64,000 nucleotides of DNA from Candidatus Anderseniibacteriota bacterium (GTDB taxonomy: Bacteria > Patescibacteriota > Andersenbacteria > UBA10190), in assembly GCA_040876835.1 (NCBI GenBank), contig JBBDOX010000016.1, positions 23,414 through 87,413 on the forward strand, written 5' to 3'. The position numbers were made by a program, and so were the translations under genes. The notes below the pieces were generated by a model that did not search any database, had not been told where the DNA came from, and saw nothing but the letters and a program-made list of their open reading frames with translations. Below are positions 1-9,840 of the stretch, one piece after another (the stretch's first letter is position 1; each line of letters opens with the position of its first letter).

Positions 1-627
1 GCCAAGTCGTTTGATAAGCTGGGGATTAACGTTACTAACGTCATTGCCGGCGCTTCCACCAAGCCGTTTGCCTTCCTAGCTCATTATCCTGGAAATGGTG
101 TCGGTGGACACTGTATTAGTGTTGATCCGTATTACATGATCGAACGCGCCCGGCAGGTTGGATTCGATCACCAGTTTCTCAAGCTCGCCCGTCAGATCAA
201 TGACAGTATGCCGCAGTATGCGCTCGAACTGATGGATCACGGATTGCAAAAGCTCGGAGTCTCAGATCCCACAGTAGCCCTGCTGGGCCTAGCCTACAAA
301 AAGAACATTGATGACGTGCGTGAAAGCCCGTGTTTAACTATCCGCTCTATGCTGGAAGAACGAAACGTTAATCTGCGCGTCTTTGATCCCCATGTACTAA
401 AGGATTCAACTGTATCCTCTCTCGAAGAAGCTACTCAGGATGCCCAGGTGGTCATTATCGGCACCAATCACGATGAATTCGTGGAGCAGTTAACTCCTGA
501 ATTCTTGCAAAGCCACAACGTAAAACTCATCGTAGATGGGAAAAACGCGCTTGATGAGTCTGCTATTAAAAACGCCGGCATCCTGTATTACGGAATCGGC
601 CGGTCGAATCTCGTCGGCAAGAAATAA
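1..627 (+). CDS. Nucleotide-sugar dehydrogenase (UDP-glucose/GDP-mannose dehydrogenase family, WecC/TviB-like), 5' end outside the window
   Basis: Frame is open from base 1 (AKSFDKLG...YPGNGVGGHCISVDPYY); catalytic GGHC motif and C-terminal LGLAYKKNIDDVRESP motif. Confidence 0.9.
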   Translation, partial: AKSFDKLGINVTNVIAGASTKPFAFLAHYPGNGVGGHCISVDPYYMIERARQVGFDHQFLKLARQINDSMPQYALELMDHGLQKLGVSDPTVALLGLAYKKNIDDVRESPCLTIRSMLEERNVNLRVFDPHVLKDSTVSSLEEATQDAQVVIIGTNHDEFVEQLTPEFLQSHNVKLIVDGKNALDESAIKNAGILYYGIGRSNLVGKK

Positions 628-636
628 CCAAAGTTA

Positions 637-1140
637 TTAATTCGGTAGCGACGGTCGATCGGAAGGAGGCTGTGGTGGAGCGGGCGTAGTAGGCGGTACA
701 GGAGGCTCAGATGGAGGAATAATCTCTTCTGGAGGTTCTTCTGCTAGGACTTCCTCTTCTTCCGCTAGCGCTTCCTGTTCGGCCGCCACTTGAGCATCTT
801 CAGCGGCATTTTCAGCCATCATCTCTCTTGAAGCCTGGACAATATCACGCGTGGCGTCCTTAAATTCTTCCATCACGGACTTTTTCATAGGCGCTACTCC
901 CTGAGCGTTCGCCCACTCATCTTTTTGTTTGCGGTAGTTACGATAGGCGCCCCAGGCTGCTCCCGCTAGAAAAACAGGAAACCAGATCAGAGTGATGAAT
1001 CGGGCCAGCATGAATACCACCAAAAGAATAAGACCGGCAGCTAAGCCGAATAACAGTGCCCAGTACATAATCGGATAAATGTTTGGCTTGTATTCCCGGG
1101 CTGGAAGTTGCTGATCTGGCTGATATTGTTCGTTAGGCAT
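637..1140 (-). CDS. Hypothetical membrane protein with two TM segments and an acidic, Pro-rich C-terminal tail
   Basis: Hydrophobic segments followed by an E/P-rich tail; lies directly after the peptidase gene. Confidence 0.75.
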   Translation of the reverse strand: MPNEQYQPDQQLPAREYKPNIYPIMYWALLFGLAAGLILLVVFMLARFITLIWFPVFLAGAAWGAYRNYRKQKDEWANAQGVAPMKKSVMEEFKDATRDIVQASREMMAENAAEDAQVAAEQEALAEEEEVLAEEPPEEIIPPSEPPVPPTTPAPPQPPSDRPSLPN

Positions 1141-1155
1141 GCCCCTAGTATGACA

Positions 1156-2061
1156 CTACTGCACATTCATGTACAGAAGCTTCTTAGTGTCCGCAAAATG
1201 TTCAACTTCGCTGGGGCTATCAAGAATAACAGTGATGCGGCCTGCCTGCTCGCCGGCTCCCTGTGTAACCAGGCAGAACCTGGCCTCATATAAATAGCCT
1301 GTTTTACTACCGCTCACCTCTTCTCCCCATTCTGATACCAGCTTATTAGTGTTTCTAATAGTATGTTCTCGTCCCGTGCCGACAACGGTAAAGGCGTATT
1401 CTTTTTGAGTGGTCGCAGCTGCAATTTCCGGGTAATGCTCGAATGCGACTTGGGCTATGCGCGCAACTTCATACGCCGTCGAAATGTTATGGGTATCAAG
1501 CCCCGTCACGTCCGCAAATTCTGTTTGTTCCAAGCCCAGCTCAATTGCCTTGCGATTCATGTCCCGGACAAAGTCCTCTTTGGATATTCCCAGCTCTCGG
1601 ACATACGCCAGGGTGGCGTTATTAGCCGAGCCTAACAGTGAAGCGTTAAACAGATTACGCATCGTGACTGTTTCACCTGGGTGCAGCAGCAGTCGTCCGC
1701 CCTGCACGTATTCCTCGGGTTGAATGGTTGCTTCCCGATCCCAGTCAATGCCGTGATCAATAGCTACCATAGCAGTCATGAGTTTAGTGATACTGGCGAT
1801 TGGTTTGCGCTCAAAGGCATTCTGTTCAAATAGAATTGCATTTGATGTCGTATCGTACAGCAAAGCACTGCCAGCTGTGAACGCCTGATGTTTCTCCGTT
1901 TGCGGGCCTACGCCCGGTAAGCCTAGGTCAATACTCGCTCCCCCGGCTAAGGGAGCATTCTGCTTCTCAGGAGTATGCGTAAAAAGCTTGTACACCGAGA
2001 GTCCGGTGATAGTTGCCAGTAGTGTACACATTCCGGCGAGAATAACAGTGCTTTTATACAT
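1156..2061 (-). CDS. D-alanyl-D-alanine carboxypeptidase/endopeptidase (peptidase S11)
   Basis: ASITKLMTA (SxxK), SAN (SxN) and KTG motifs; N-terminal membrane anchor. Confidence 0.9.
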   Translation of the reverse strand: MYKSTVILAGMCTLLATITGLSVYKLFTHTPEKQNAPLAGGASIDLGLPGVGPQTEKHQAFTAGSALLYDTTSNAILFEQNAFERKPIASITKLMTAMVAIDHGIDWDREATIQPEEYVQGGRLLLHPGETVTMRNLFNASLLGSANNATLAYVRELGISKEDFVRDMNRKAIELGLEQTEFADVTGLDTHNISTAYEVARIAQVAFEHYPEIAAATTQKEYAFTVVGTGREHTIRNTNKLVSEWGEEVSGSKTGYLYEARFCLVTQGAGEQAGRITVILDSPSEVEHFADTKKLLYMNVQ

Positions 2062-2100
2062 TGCTCGGGAGGGTTAATTGCTGTTACCGTAAAGCATAGC

Positions 2101-2730
2101 ATGAAGCCGCCAATTACCACTGACTTACAAGAAGCCGTCCGGATTATTACTGCCGGACGCATTGTGGCTTTCCCCACCGGAACCAGCTATGGCTTGGCTG
2201 TTGATGCCCTACAGGGGCATGCGTTGCAGCGTCTGCGTAACCTCAAGCATCGTCCTGATGAAAAATCCTTTACCGTCTTTGCGCGCCCCGAACTTGTGGA
2301 TACGTTTTTCAGATTAAACAAGGAAGAACAAGCATTTTTGCAGAAGTATGCCGGTCAGCCTTTTACGGTACTGCTGCAACCTGCTAAAGCACTTGAGCAC
2401 TTAACTCAGGAAGGTCGAGTAGGGCTACGTCTAATTGATCATCCGTTGATGCAGCAGCTGGCCGAGGCAGTCCAAGTACCATTGACGGCTACCAGTGCCA
2501 ATATTTCCGGCCGACAGCCTTGCGCTGATGTGGTATGTATTCAGGATCAGTTTCCCTATCTTCTCGATCCCAATGATGTGGCCATTAAACGCGCTGGTCC
2601 GACAACTTACGATCTCTCGCTGGGATGCATTCTAGATGGTGGAACCTTGCCTGTCGGACAGCAGAGCACAATCGTGCGATACGCTAAGGGTAACTGGCAG
2701 ACAATACGTCAGGGAGCAGGAGCGCTGTAA
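2101..2730 (+). CDS. tsaC: L-threonylcarbamoyladenylate synthase (Sua5/YrdC/TsaC family)
   Basis: VAFPTGTSYGL, KHR and TATSANISG motifs. Confidence 0.88.
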   Translation: MKPPITTDLQEAVRIITAGRIVAFPTGTSYGLAVDALQGHALQRLRNLKHRPDEKSFTVFARPELVDTFFRLNKEEQAFLQKYAGQPFTVLLQPAKALEHLTQEGRVGLRLIDHPLMQQLAEAVQVPLTATSANISGRQPCADVVCIQDQFPYLLDPNDVAIKRAGPTTYDLSLGCILDGGTLPVGQQSTIVRYAKGNWQTIRQGAGAL

Positions 2731-2740
2731 CAACCTGGGC

Positions 2741-2771
2741 AAAAAAGAACCGCTGAAGAAGATCACAGCGG
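2741..2771 (-). terminator. Intrinsic terminator of orphan ORF 2763-3068
   Basis: Minus strand CCGCTG-N10-CAGCGG followed by TTCTTTTTT. Confidence 0.6.
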
Positions 2772-3068
2772 CGATGGGGTGTCGGGATGGATAACTCCTG
2801 TAGAGGAAGAGCGGTAAGCGGGCGGAATCCACCGCAGGCATAGTCTTCCCTTTGAACGTCTCTCTTTGCGCTGCAGAATGCGGAAGGCTCGGGTGTCACA
2901 GGTTGCACATGTACCGATGCACCAGATCACTTTTTTCCCGTGTTCAAGGAGAACCCACATTCCAGCGTGGGTGGTAAAACAAAAACGCTCCTTCTCTTTT
3001 CTGGGTTTATCGTTCCAGGGGTTAAGGTTCCGCGGCCGAAAGCGTGTAAGCGCAGTCAGGAGCGACAC
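2763..3068 (-). CDS. Small basic Cys-containing hypothetical protein (possible Zn-binding)
   Basis: GTG start preceded by GAAAGGGA; CIGTCATC; terminator overlaps the stop codon. Confidence 0.5.
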   Translation of the reverse strand: MSLLTALTRFRPRNLNPWNDKPRKEKERFCFTTHAGMWVLLEHGKKVIWCIGTCATCDTRAFRILQRKERRSKGRLCLRWIPPAYRSSSTGVIHPDTPSPL

Positions 3069-3135
3069 GTCTTCCCTTTCGTGTATGCAGTAAAGATCAG
3101 CTCCCCCTTACGTAGTATCACTTTACCACACCCGC

Positions 3136-3708
3136 CTACAGTCCCAATGGATCGGCAACAGACTTCATTGCCTGCAGTGCATGCTCAATATGTTCTTCTG
3201 GCGAGAATCCGAGCTCCTGTGCCCCCTGGGTAATATCTTCCCGACTGACATTCTCTGCGAATTTTTTCTGTTTTAGCTTCTTCTTTACAGACTTTACATC
3301 AACGTCAGCAAGTTTTCTGGAAGGCCGCACTAATGCGACGGCGACGATAAAGCCGGCAAGCTCATCAACGGCAAAAATTGTTTTTTCCATTAATGTGGTT
3401 CGCGGCGTTCCTGTGTGCGGAGCATGCGCCATGATCCCCCGCTTGATAACTTCTGGATACTCAAGTTTAGTCAAAATCTCCTGTCCCTTGTATGGATGCT
3501 CTTCCAAAGAGGGATGCTGTTCATAATCAAAATCATGAAGAAGTCCCACCAGACCCCATACTTCTTCATTCTCTCCAAAATGCCGCGCGTAATATCGCAT
3601 AGCTGCCTCAACAGCCAGAGCGTGCTTGATGAGATTCTGATTTTTGGTGTATTGATTCAGCAGCTGCCAGGCGTCAGCTCGGGTTTTTTCTTTTAGTTCT
3701 TCCGACAT
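3136..3708 (-). CDS. HD-domain (HDIG-type) metal-dependent phosphohydrolase
   Basis: KHALAV...GLLHDFDYE...H...AVDELAGFI. Confidence 0.88.
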   Translation of the reverse strand: MSEELKEKTRADAWQLLNQYTKNQNLIKHALAVEAAMRYYARHFGENEEVWGLVGLLHDFDYEQHPSLEEHPYKGQEILTKLEYPEVIKRGIMAHAPHTGTPRTTLMEKTIFAVDELAGFIVAVALVRPSRKLADVDVKSVKKKLKQKKFAENVSREDITQGAQELGFSPEEHIEHALQAMKSVADPLGL

Positions 3709-3715
3709 CTTTCTA

Positions 3716-4795
3716 TTAGGCGTGAGATCGCTTCTGCCACAGAGACTGAATTGTGGCCCCTAGTATAAACAGGACGAGGATAAAGGTGAGCAGACCTCCG
3801 AAAAATCCGAGCAGCTGTATCCCCTCATATACGGCCGCGCCTAGCACTGCTGCCGGCCAGGCCAGCGGCTGCTGTGCGGAAGAGGCGGGAGACAATTTCC
3901 CGTAAAGCCAGCTGCCAATAAGGAGGGCGGCAATGCCGGTAGCCAGAATATATACAACAAGACTGGTGAAGAACAGAACCAGAGCCAGCGGCAGCCCGAT
4001 GAGTGATACGGCGAGGATGAGGGCAATGGGCCCAACCAGAATAATCCACAGAAGGCCGGTTAGGATGCTGCGTCCGGGATTAGCCTGAACGTAGGCTAAC
4101 ACTCCTCTGACAGCTTTGGGGGCGAAATAAGAGATCAGGAATGCTAATAGCAGGAGTGCAATTGTTGACCGAACCCAACTACCTAACACATTTCGAGTTC
4201 CTGCAGGGGCTGTCTGAGTACCCTCGTGATGTTCGCGGCTTCCTGTAATAGTTGCGCCATCTTTAATCTCCGCCTGAGCGCCATACGTAATCAAGTTTCC
4301 ATCAATAACGGCCGTAGACTCTACCACTACGGAATTGCCGGCAGCCCGCACGGTACCATGCACTGTTCCGGCAATGACAATTGATTCCCCTGCCAGATAT
4401 GCATCCGATCCAATAATGGTTTGGCTCATAAGATCCAGACTTTGTCCGGCTGCAAACAGATCTCCTTCAACGTTCCCAGTTACGGTCACGATATTCCCGG
4501 CCAGGTGGGCATCATCTCCAACCGATCCGGTTAGACGTACCGCCTGTCCGACGGCATACAGATCCTGTGTGATAACTGATTCGGCATTTACAATCTGCCC
4601 GGCTATAGCGGCGTCTCCACTGATTGTGTCTTTAACAGTAACCTTCTGTCCGGCGGCATATACGTCATCATCTACGGGATTGGCAATAAAAAGCTCACCC
4701 TCCTCTTTTTGAAGAAAAGTCGCAGCCAAGGCCGACAGTGGCAGTATGGCAATCAGGGTTAGTGTTCCAAGCTTGAGCGAAAGAGAATGTTTCAT
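3716..4795 (-). CDS. Membrane protein with an extracellular bactofilin-like beta-helix repeat and C-terminal TM bundle
   Basis: Signal peptide; repeated (D/G)-D-x-x-A-A-G-x-x-V motifs; several C-terminal TM segments. Confidence 0.8.
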   Translation of the reverse strand: MKHSLSLKLGTLTLIAILPLSALAATFLQKEEGELFIANPVDDDVYAAGQKVTVKDTISGDAAIAGQIVNAESVITQDLYAVGQAVRLTGSVGDDAHLAGNIVTVTGNVEGDLFAAGQSLDLMSQTIIGSDAYLAGESIVIAGTVHGTVRAAGNSVVVESTAVIDGNLITYGAQAEIKDGATITGSREHHEGTQTAPAGTRNVLGSWVRSTIALLLLAFLISYFAPKAVRGVLAYVQANPGRSILTGLLWIILVGPIALILAVSLIGLPLALVLFFTSLVVYILATGIAALLIGSWLYGKLSPASSAQQPLAWPAAVLGAAVYEGIQLLGFFGGLLTFILVLFILGATIQSLWQKRSHA

Positions 4796-4830
4796 TCCTT
4801 AAGTATTGCCTATACCAGCCTTCCACACAA

Positions 4831-5211
4831 CTATCCCCCGAAAATACTGTAGGTGGCCGGCGCGCCTAAAAAGACAGCTAATACGGCCGCCAGCATGATG
4901 AAATCAAGCTCCCAGCCATTCTCCCCCGTAAACTTCTTGCCCCACTTTTGAGTTTTCATGTAAATCGCTCCCAGCATAACTGTTGCCAGGAAAATCGCGC
5001 CCGCCTGTGTCCACACTCCCAGAATCATCGATGCAGCTCCTAGTGTTTCCAGGAAGCCAACAAGTTTCAACAGCTCAACCGGAAGGCCGATACTCTTGGC
5101 TGTCGCAGTGGTGAGTTTAAACTTCTGCGGACCGTGGGCTAAGAACACAATGCCGATTGCCAGACGGAGAATAAAAAATGCCAGGTTCTGATCAATATCA
5201 ACAAAGGTCAT
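4831..5211 (-). CDS. DoxX family membrane protein
   Basis: LRLAIGIVFLAHGPQK...E...GWELD. Confidence 0.88.
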   Translation of the reverse strand: MTFVDIDQNLAFFILRLAIGIVFLAHGPQKFKLTTATAKSIGLPVELLKLVGFLETLGAASMILGVWTQAGAIFLATVMLGAIYMKTQKWGKKFTGENGWELDFIMLAAVLAVFLGAPATYSIFGG

Positions 5212-5311
5212 ACATGTGATGTTAAGTATATGCTTAAACGTCTAACAGCAACGTAACACGACTGACTTTTCGCTGCCAAGATAGATTGTCGGGAGAATCT
5301 GACGGACGCAG

Positions 5312-6559
5312 CTAGAATTCTGATGTATCTCGGGGGAGAAAAAGACTAATACACCAGTCAAAGGCGATCTGAACACGATTGCCCCACCCGTACATAGTTC
5401 GCAAGAAGACGACTCTGCGTAAAAACCAGGCTAGTATACCTGATGAGCGCAGGGGTTTACGTTCCAGAATCGCGTACCAGTTTCCAATCGGAATGATATC
5501 TCCTTTATGTCGATACTTTTTCTGTTTGAGTGGGGTCCCTTCCAGAAGGCGGATAACATTCTTAGAGGCGAGGGCTGCTGCCTGCACTGCCGCCTGGGCT
5601 GTGGGTGGATACGCAAAGGCCTCATCTTGTACGCGGGCACAGTCACCAAGGCCGAATATTGAATCATCCCCTGCTGCCTGGAATGTTGGAGTAATGCGGA
5701 GCAGCTTACGCTCGTCGAGCAGGGAGCCGGACATGATATTACCCAGAGTCGACTCAGTCCCGGCTGTCCAGAAAATGCTGTTACTTTCCACTTTTTCTCC
5801 GGAGGCTAAGAGAACTCCGTCAGCTTGAACTTCGGTTACCCGCTGCTTAGTCTGCACGGCCACCCCCAACTCCTCCAGTCGTCTTTGGGCCTTCTGTGAA
5901 GCCTTTGGTGACAGTTGTTCCAATACTCGCTCCCCCGCATGCATGAGTGTTATTTTGCACAGTTCAATGGGAACATCGCCGTAAAACTTTTTCATTTCTT
6001 TCGAAACCAGATCCGATATCTGACCAGCTAACTCTACTCCCGTCGCTCCCCCACCGACGATAATGAAGTGCAAATATTTGTCGAGAGGGTGCCTGTCCTT
6101 TTTATCATGCATTTCCGAAGCTAGTTCAAATGAGTTGATGATCCGGTTACGAATCGCAATAGCTCCCGGTAGCCATTTGAGAGCCAGCGCGTGTTCGGCG
6201 GCGCCGGTAACCCCAAAGTAGCCCTGCTCCACTCCCAGGGCTACCACTAGAATGTCATAACTGTACTCACCTTTATCAGTGACAACTATCTTCTGCTCCG
6301 AATCAACGCGCTGAATTTCTGCCTGATGAAAATCCTGTCCACAGCAGTGGAGAATTTCCCGGAGGGGCTGAATAACATGTTCCCGCGCTACTGAGCCTGT
6401 GGCTGCCTCATGCAGCATGGGTGAAAACGTGAAGTAGTTTGTTTTGCTGATGAGCTCAATACTGACGTCATGTTCACCAGCCGGGTGCAGTAGTTTATGA
6501 AGGTGAAGGTACGTTTCTACTCCCGCAAATCCCCCGCCTAAAATCAGTATTTTTTTCAT
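5312..6559 (-). CDS. ndh: Type II NADH:quinone oxidoreductase (NDH-2 family)
   Basis: GGGFAG and GGGATGVELAG Rossmann motifs, WTAG, GD, AQAAVQ. Confidence 0.85.
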   Translation of the reverse strand: MKKILILGGGFAGVETYLHLHKLLHPAGEHDVSIELISKTNYFTFSPMLHEAATGSVAREHVIQPLREILHCCGQDFHQAEIQRVDSEQKIVVTDKGEYSYDILVVALGVEQGYFGVTGAAEHALALKWLPGAIAIRNRIINSFELASEMHDKKDRHPLDKYLHFIIVGGGATGVELAGQISDLVSKEMKKFYGDVPIELCKITLMHAGERVLEQLSPKASQKAQRRLEELGVAVQTKQRVTEVQADGVLLASGEKVESNSIFWTAGTESTLGNIMSGSLLDERKLLRITPTFQAAGDDSIFGLGDCARVQDEAFAYPPTAQAAVQAAALASKNVIRLLEGTPLKQKKYRHKGDIIPIGNWYAILERKPLRSSGILAWFLRRVVFLRTMYGWGNRVQIAFDWCISLFLPRDTSEF

Positions 6560-6777
6560 ACGTCGTCTGAAGATGAAAACTTTTTCTCTATTTCCACCAC
6601 CTTGTTATCAATTTCTTTCAGCCGTTTTTGCAGCTGAGCTGCCAGCTCTAGTCCGCGCTCAAATTTGGGCAGATCCTTTTCTAAATCAAGTTCCCGGGAT
6701 TCAAAATCCGTCACGATCGTTTCCAGCTCTTTATAGCCTTTAGTAAAATCAAATGCTTCTTTCTTTTTTATTGGCAT
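6556..6777 (-). CDS. xseB: Exodeoxyribonuclease VII small subunit
   Basis: F...YKELETIV...LEKDLPKFERGLELA pattern; follows xseA; ATG at 6777 chosen as start. Confidence 0.88.
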   Translation of the reverse strand: MPIKKKEAFDFTKGYKELETIVTDFESRELDLEKDLPKFERGLELAAQLQKRLKEIDNKVVEIEKKFSSSDDV

Positions 6778-6818
6778 ACCCCTTACTGTAGCGCCTGAAG
6801 AGACGGAGAGCAAAAGGG

Positions 6819-8048
6819 TCAGACAACCTTCGAGGTTACCTGCCCTTCCTTTAGAGTTATTACGATTGTTTCACCCTGTGCAACCTGCTGCCTGCTATAT
6901 ACCAGGGATCCATCTTTCTTCCGGGTTATGGAAAACCCTCGGGCCAGAACCCGTTGAGGTGACAGTGATTGCAGCAGGCGCGTCATGGCGGTAACGCTCT
7001 GTAGTTTCTCCTCGGTATGCTGATGCATGGCGCGCATTAGAGTTAATCGGGTCCGGGCAATCTCAGTACGATAGCGGGAAGTTTCCTGTAATATCCGCTG
7101 TCTTGTGCCGATTAACATATGGACATAGCGGGCGACCTGCTGGCTGGTAGCTGAGACACGGTTCTGCAGAATACGTGCCTGGCGTACGATTGTGCCTTCG
7201 GTGCGGCTGAGCGTTTGGTGCATAGCTGCTTTCAGTCGTGTTTGCATGTGCTCGATTCTGCTGACAACTTCCAGACGGGAGCGCACTAACAGTTCAGCGG
7301 CATTGCTAGGGGTGGAAGCGCGCACGTCAGCCGCAAGTTCTGCTAGTGTTACGTCCCGCTCATGTCCCACACCGACAATAATTGGGGTGCGGGAAGCGGC
7401 TACAGCTCGTATGACAGCTTCATCGTTAAATGCCTGAAGATCCTCCAAGCTGCCGCCTCCGCGGACGAGAATAATAACATCAAGATCCGTTAATTCAGTA
7501 TTAGCAGTATTCAGGGCGTTAATAATTTGATTGGGAGCGTCTTCTCCCTGTACCTGTGTATGTAAAAACATAATCTCTAGTCCCCCGATGCGTTCCCGCA
7601 GAACTTTCAGAAAATCTGAATAAGCTGCTGCTTCCCGGGAAGTAATAAGTGCCACGCGCTGGGGAAACTGCGGCAGGGGGCGTTTGCGCGCGACGGCAAA
7701 AAGTCCTTCAGCTTCAAGCTTTTCTTTCAATAATTCAAAGGCTCGCTTGAGCGCCCCTTCTCCGGCGGGAGCCACTTGCGATACAACGAAACTGAAGAAT
7801 CCTTTATTACGTAATTTAGGAGTGCCAATAACCCGTACCAGCATTCCGTCCTCGATACGCACCCGCAGCTGCCAGACTGTCATAAAACACGGCACGGTAC
7901 TCTCCTGATCTTTCAAAGAAAACGTGACCCACTTGTTATGAACTACCCGGTAGTCTGACACCTCTCCTTCTACGGCTACAGCTCCCAGCTGACCCATGGC
8001 CATGTTGGTCACCTCAACGAGCTGACTAACGGACAAGATATGTTTCAT
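6819..8048 (-). CDS. xseA: Exodeoxyribonuclease VII large subunit
   Basis: VEGEVS OB-fold, RGGGSLEDLQAFN, GVGHERD, STPSNAAE. Confidence 0.95.
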   Translation of the reverse strand: MKHILSVSQLVEVTNMAMGQLGAVAVEGEVSDYRVVHNKWVTFSLKDQESTVPCFMTVWQLRVRIEDGMLVRVIGTPKLRNKGFFSFVVSQVAPAGEGALKRAFELLKEKLEAEGLFAVARKRPLPQFPQRVALITSREAAAYSDFLKVLRERIGGLEIMFLHTQVQGEDAPNQIINALNTANTELTDLDVIILVRGGGSLEDLQAFNDEAVIRAVAASRTPIIVGVGHERDVTLAELAADVRASTPSNAAELLVRSRLEVVSRIEHMQTRLKAAMHQTLSRTEGTIVRQARILQNRVSATSQQVARYVHMLIGTRQRILQETSRYRTEIARTRLTLMRAMHQHTEEKLQSVTAMTRLLQSLSPQRVLARGFSITRKKDGSLVYSRQQVAQGETIVITLKEGQVTSKVV

Positions 8049-8172
8049 TTACCTATCATCTCCTAGCGCTACCCAGAGTTCAACTGATGACTTGTCAGAG
8101 TTGTCGACTCAGGAGCATGCTTGAGATGAGGAACTCCACGAAGGGCTCGGAAAACAAGGAAGGAGGTTACTC

Positions 8173-8367
8173 GTGAGGATGTTCTTTTTTCTGTCCGAGG
8201 CTGTCAGCGCACTGTGCTCAGCGGTGGGATTGCTGGCTCATCAGGAGGCAGCTCTCGCGTTGAGCGGTGAACAGTTCGCGTTGGCTGTCGGCTCTCTTGT
8301 TTTCAGTGTCGGGTCTCTGGTCATCATGATCGCCAACAACCTGCTCGGCTATCATGAAGTTTCGTAG
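8173..8367 (+). CDS. Small hydrophobic hypothetical protein
   Basis: GTG start with strong SD (AAGGAGG); terminator directly downstream. Confidence 0.55.
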   Translation: MRMFFFLSEAVSALCSAVGLLAHQEAALALSGEQFALAVGSLVFSVGSLVIMIANNLLGYHEVS

Positions 8368-8379
8368 GGACCAAACGCA

Positions 8380-8407
8380 GCGGCCGCCCCCCCCTCGGCC
8401 GTTTTTT
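8380..8407 (+). terminator. Intrinsic terminator
   Basis: CGGCCG / C-rich loop / CGGCCG followed by T6. Confidence 0.65.
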
Positions 8408-8986
8408 CTATTCCACCACAATCCGGTGAACGCTCGTCAACTCTCCATCAGAAGTTGAAGCTCGCAGCGTTACGGTAAGTTCCCCTGGACCGCTACCGAA
8501 TGAAAAAGTAGCAGCGTGCTCCTGCCCAACCACGGACGATCCAACTGACTGCTGGCTGCGGCTGTTAACGTTGGTCCCGTTTCCGTTCTGGGTGTAGACG
8601 GCTTCTGAAGATACTTCCTGAAGAGCAGCTCCCACGGGTCCGTCAACTGTCCATCGAATGGTGAACTGTTCATTACCCGCAACGCGGGTTGGCAGGAAGA
8701 TGGGACGAATATCAAAAGATGTTGGGCCTGATTGCCTTTGTGGTGCGGGAGTTGCTGTGGGCGTAGGAGCCACCTGCTTTATCTCAGGAGAAGGAATAGC
8801 GGGTGGAATAGTAGGGATGTTCAGTAGGGGCGTAGGTGATGTTGTAGCGGTTGGCTCTGGGGTTTGTGAGGAAGCTGTAGGTGTAGGACTAACTATTGGA
8901 ACGGCATTCCGGTTCTGGATAGTAAAAGTTCCAAGCAGCAGCACGGCTATTCCAATGGCTCCAATTGTAATAACGAGAGTATTCAT
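8408..8986 (-). CDS. Membrane-anchored protein with Pro/Thr-rich linker and Ig-like C-terminal domain
   Basis: N-terminal TM, PT repeats, beta-rich C-terminus. Confidence 0.7.
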   Translation of the reverse strand: MNTLVITIGAIGIAVLLLGTFTIQNRNAVPIVSPTPTASSQTPEPTATTSPTPLLNIPTIPPAIPSPEIKQVAPTPTATPAPQRQSGPTSFDIRPIFLPTRVAGNEQFTIRWTVDGPVGAALQEVSSEAVYTQNGNGTNVNSRSQQSVGSSVVGQEHAATFSFGSGPGELTVTLRASTSDGELTSVHRIVVE

Positions 8987-9042
8987 AACGTCAACACTAC
9001 CCTATTAGGGGTAGTGTTGCGGACTGTTTTCGTCAAGGTCAT

Positions 9043-9708
9043 TTAGAACAGGACGACATTCTCCAGTTTCAATTCAATGAACTGATGAATTTTGCCACCA
9101 AAGTCAAAGATTAGTTTCTTCGGGAATGGCGGGCTTGTTAGCCCCTGGGCCTGACTTCTTCCACTAATATCTTGTGATTGAGTGGCATCGCCAGTAGCAC
9201 CCCAGCTCTTCTGGTGAACTTGACCCTCGACGTTTGTCTTAGTCTCATCCACTCGAGCTCCTTGCCATACGCCGGCAAACTGTTCCTGGTCAATTGGTTT
9301 ACCTGCCCACATAGTCTGCCCTTGCCAGGCAGTCCCAGTTGTAGTGGCAGTTGTCCAAGAAGGCCATTTGTTTTTCTCCCAGACAACAGCAGAACCTGTC
9401 GTTGTTTTCTGTTCCTGGTTTGCCTTCTTTGCTGCAGCGGATTCTTCACTTTGCGTGGCTACTGTTTTGCTTACAGCATCAGCCTGGTCGCCAAACCAGA
9501 CACCTGTTTGTGTTACAGCACTCTGCTGTAGTTTCACAGGCTGGGTATAATGCGACGTGAAGGACTGAGATTGCTTAGTGCTTACGCTTGTCCAGGCTGC
9601 TCCCTGATTAGGGGGAGGCACAACCGGACAGGCTAAGGCAGATGAAGCAGCGAAAAGCCCAACCACAGCCAAAGCAGTGAAAAATCCAAATGTGTACGTG
9701 AATTTCAT
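9043..9708 (-). CDS. Secreted Gln/Thr-rich repeat protein
   Basis: AAGGAGGT SD before ATG 9708; signal peptide ending ALA; recurring QxQ motifs. Confidence 0.7.
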   Translation of the reverse strand: MKFTYTFGFFTALAVVGLFAASSALACPVVPPPNQGAAWTSVSTKQSQSFTSHYTQPVKLQQSAVTQTGVWFGDQADAVSKTVATQSEESAAAKKANQEQKTTTGSAVVWEKNKWPSWTTATTTGTAWQGQTMWAGKPIDQEQFAGVWQGARVDETKTNVEGQVHQKSWGATGDATQSQDISGRSQAQGLTSPPFPKKLIFDFGGKIHQFIELKLENVVLF

Positions 9709-9840
9709 ATATGTCTCACCTCCTTCCTTACAGGAGTGCAAAGAGATGCAGTGATAGTCAATACAATTTCGAGGTAATTCACAGCGCTATGTAGCAATAA
9801 GAGAGACGGCGTGTCAGAGATGACTGACACGGAAGTTCAC

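Noticed and set aside
8083-8115. CTGATGA in the intergenic region as a second hammerhead
   Set aside because: No stem II followed by GAAA, and no stems I/III with an NUH triplet
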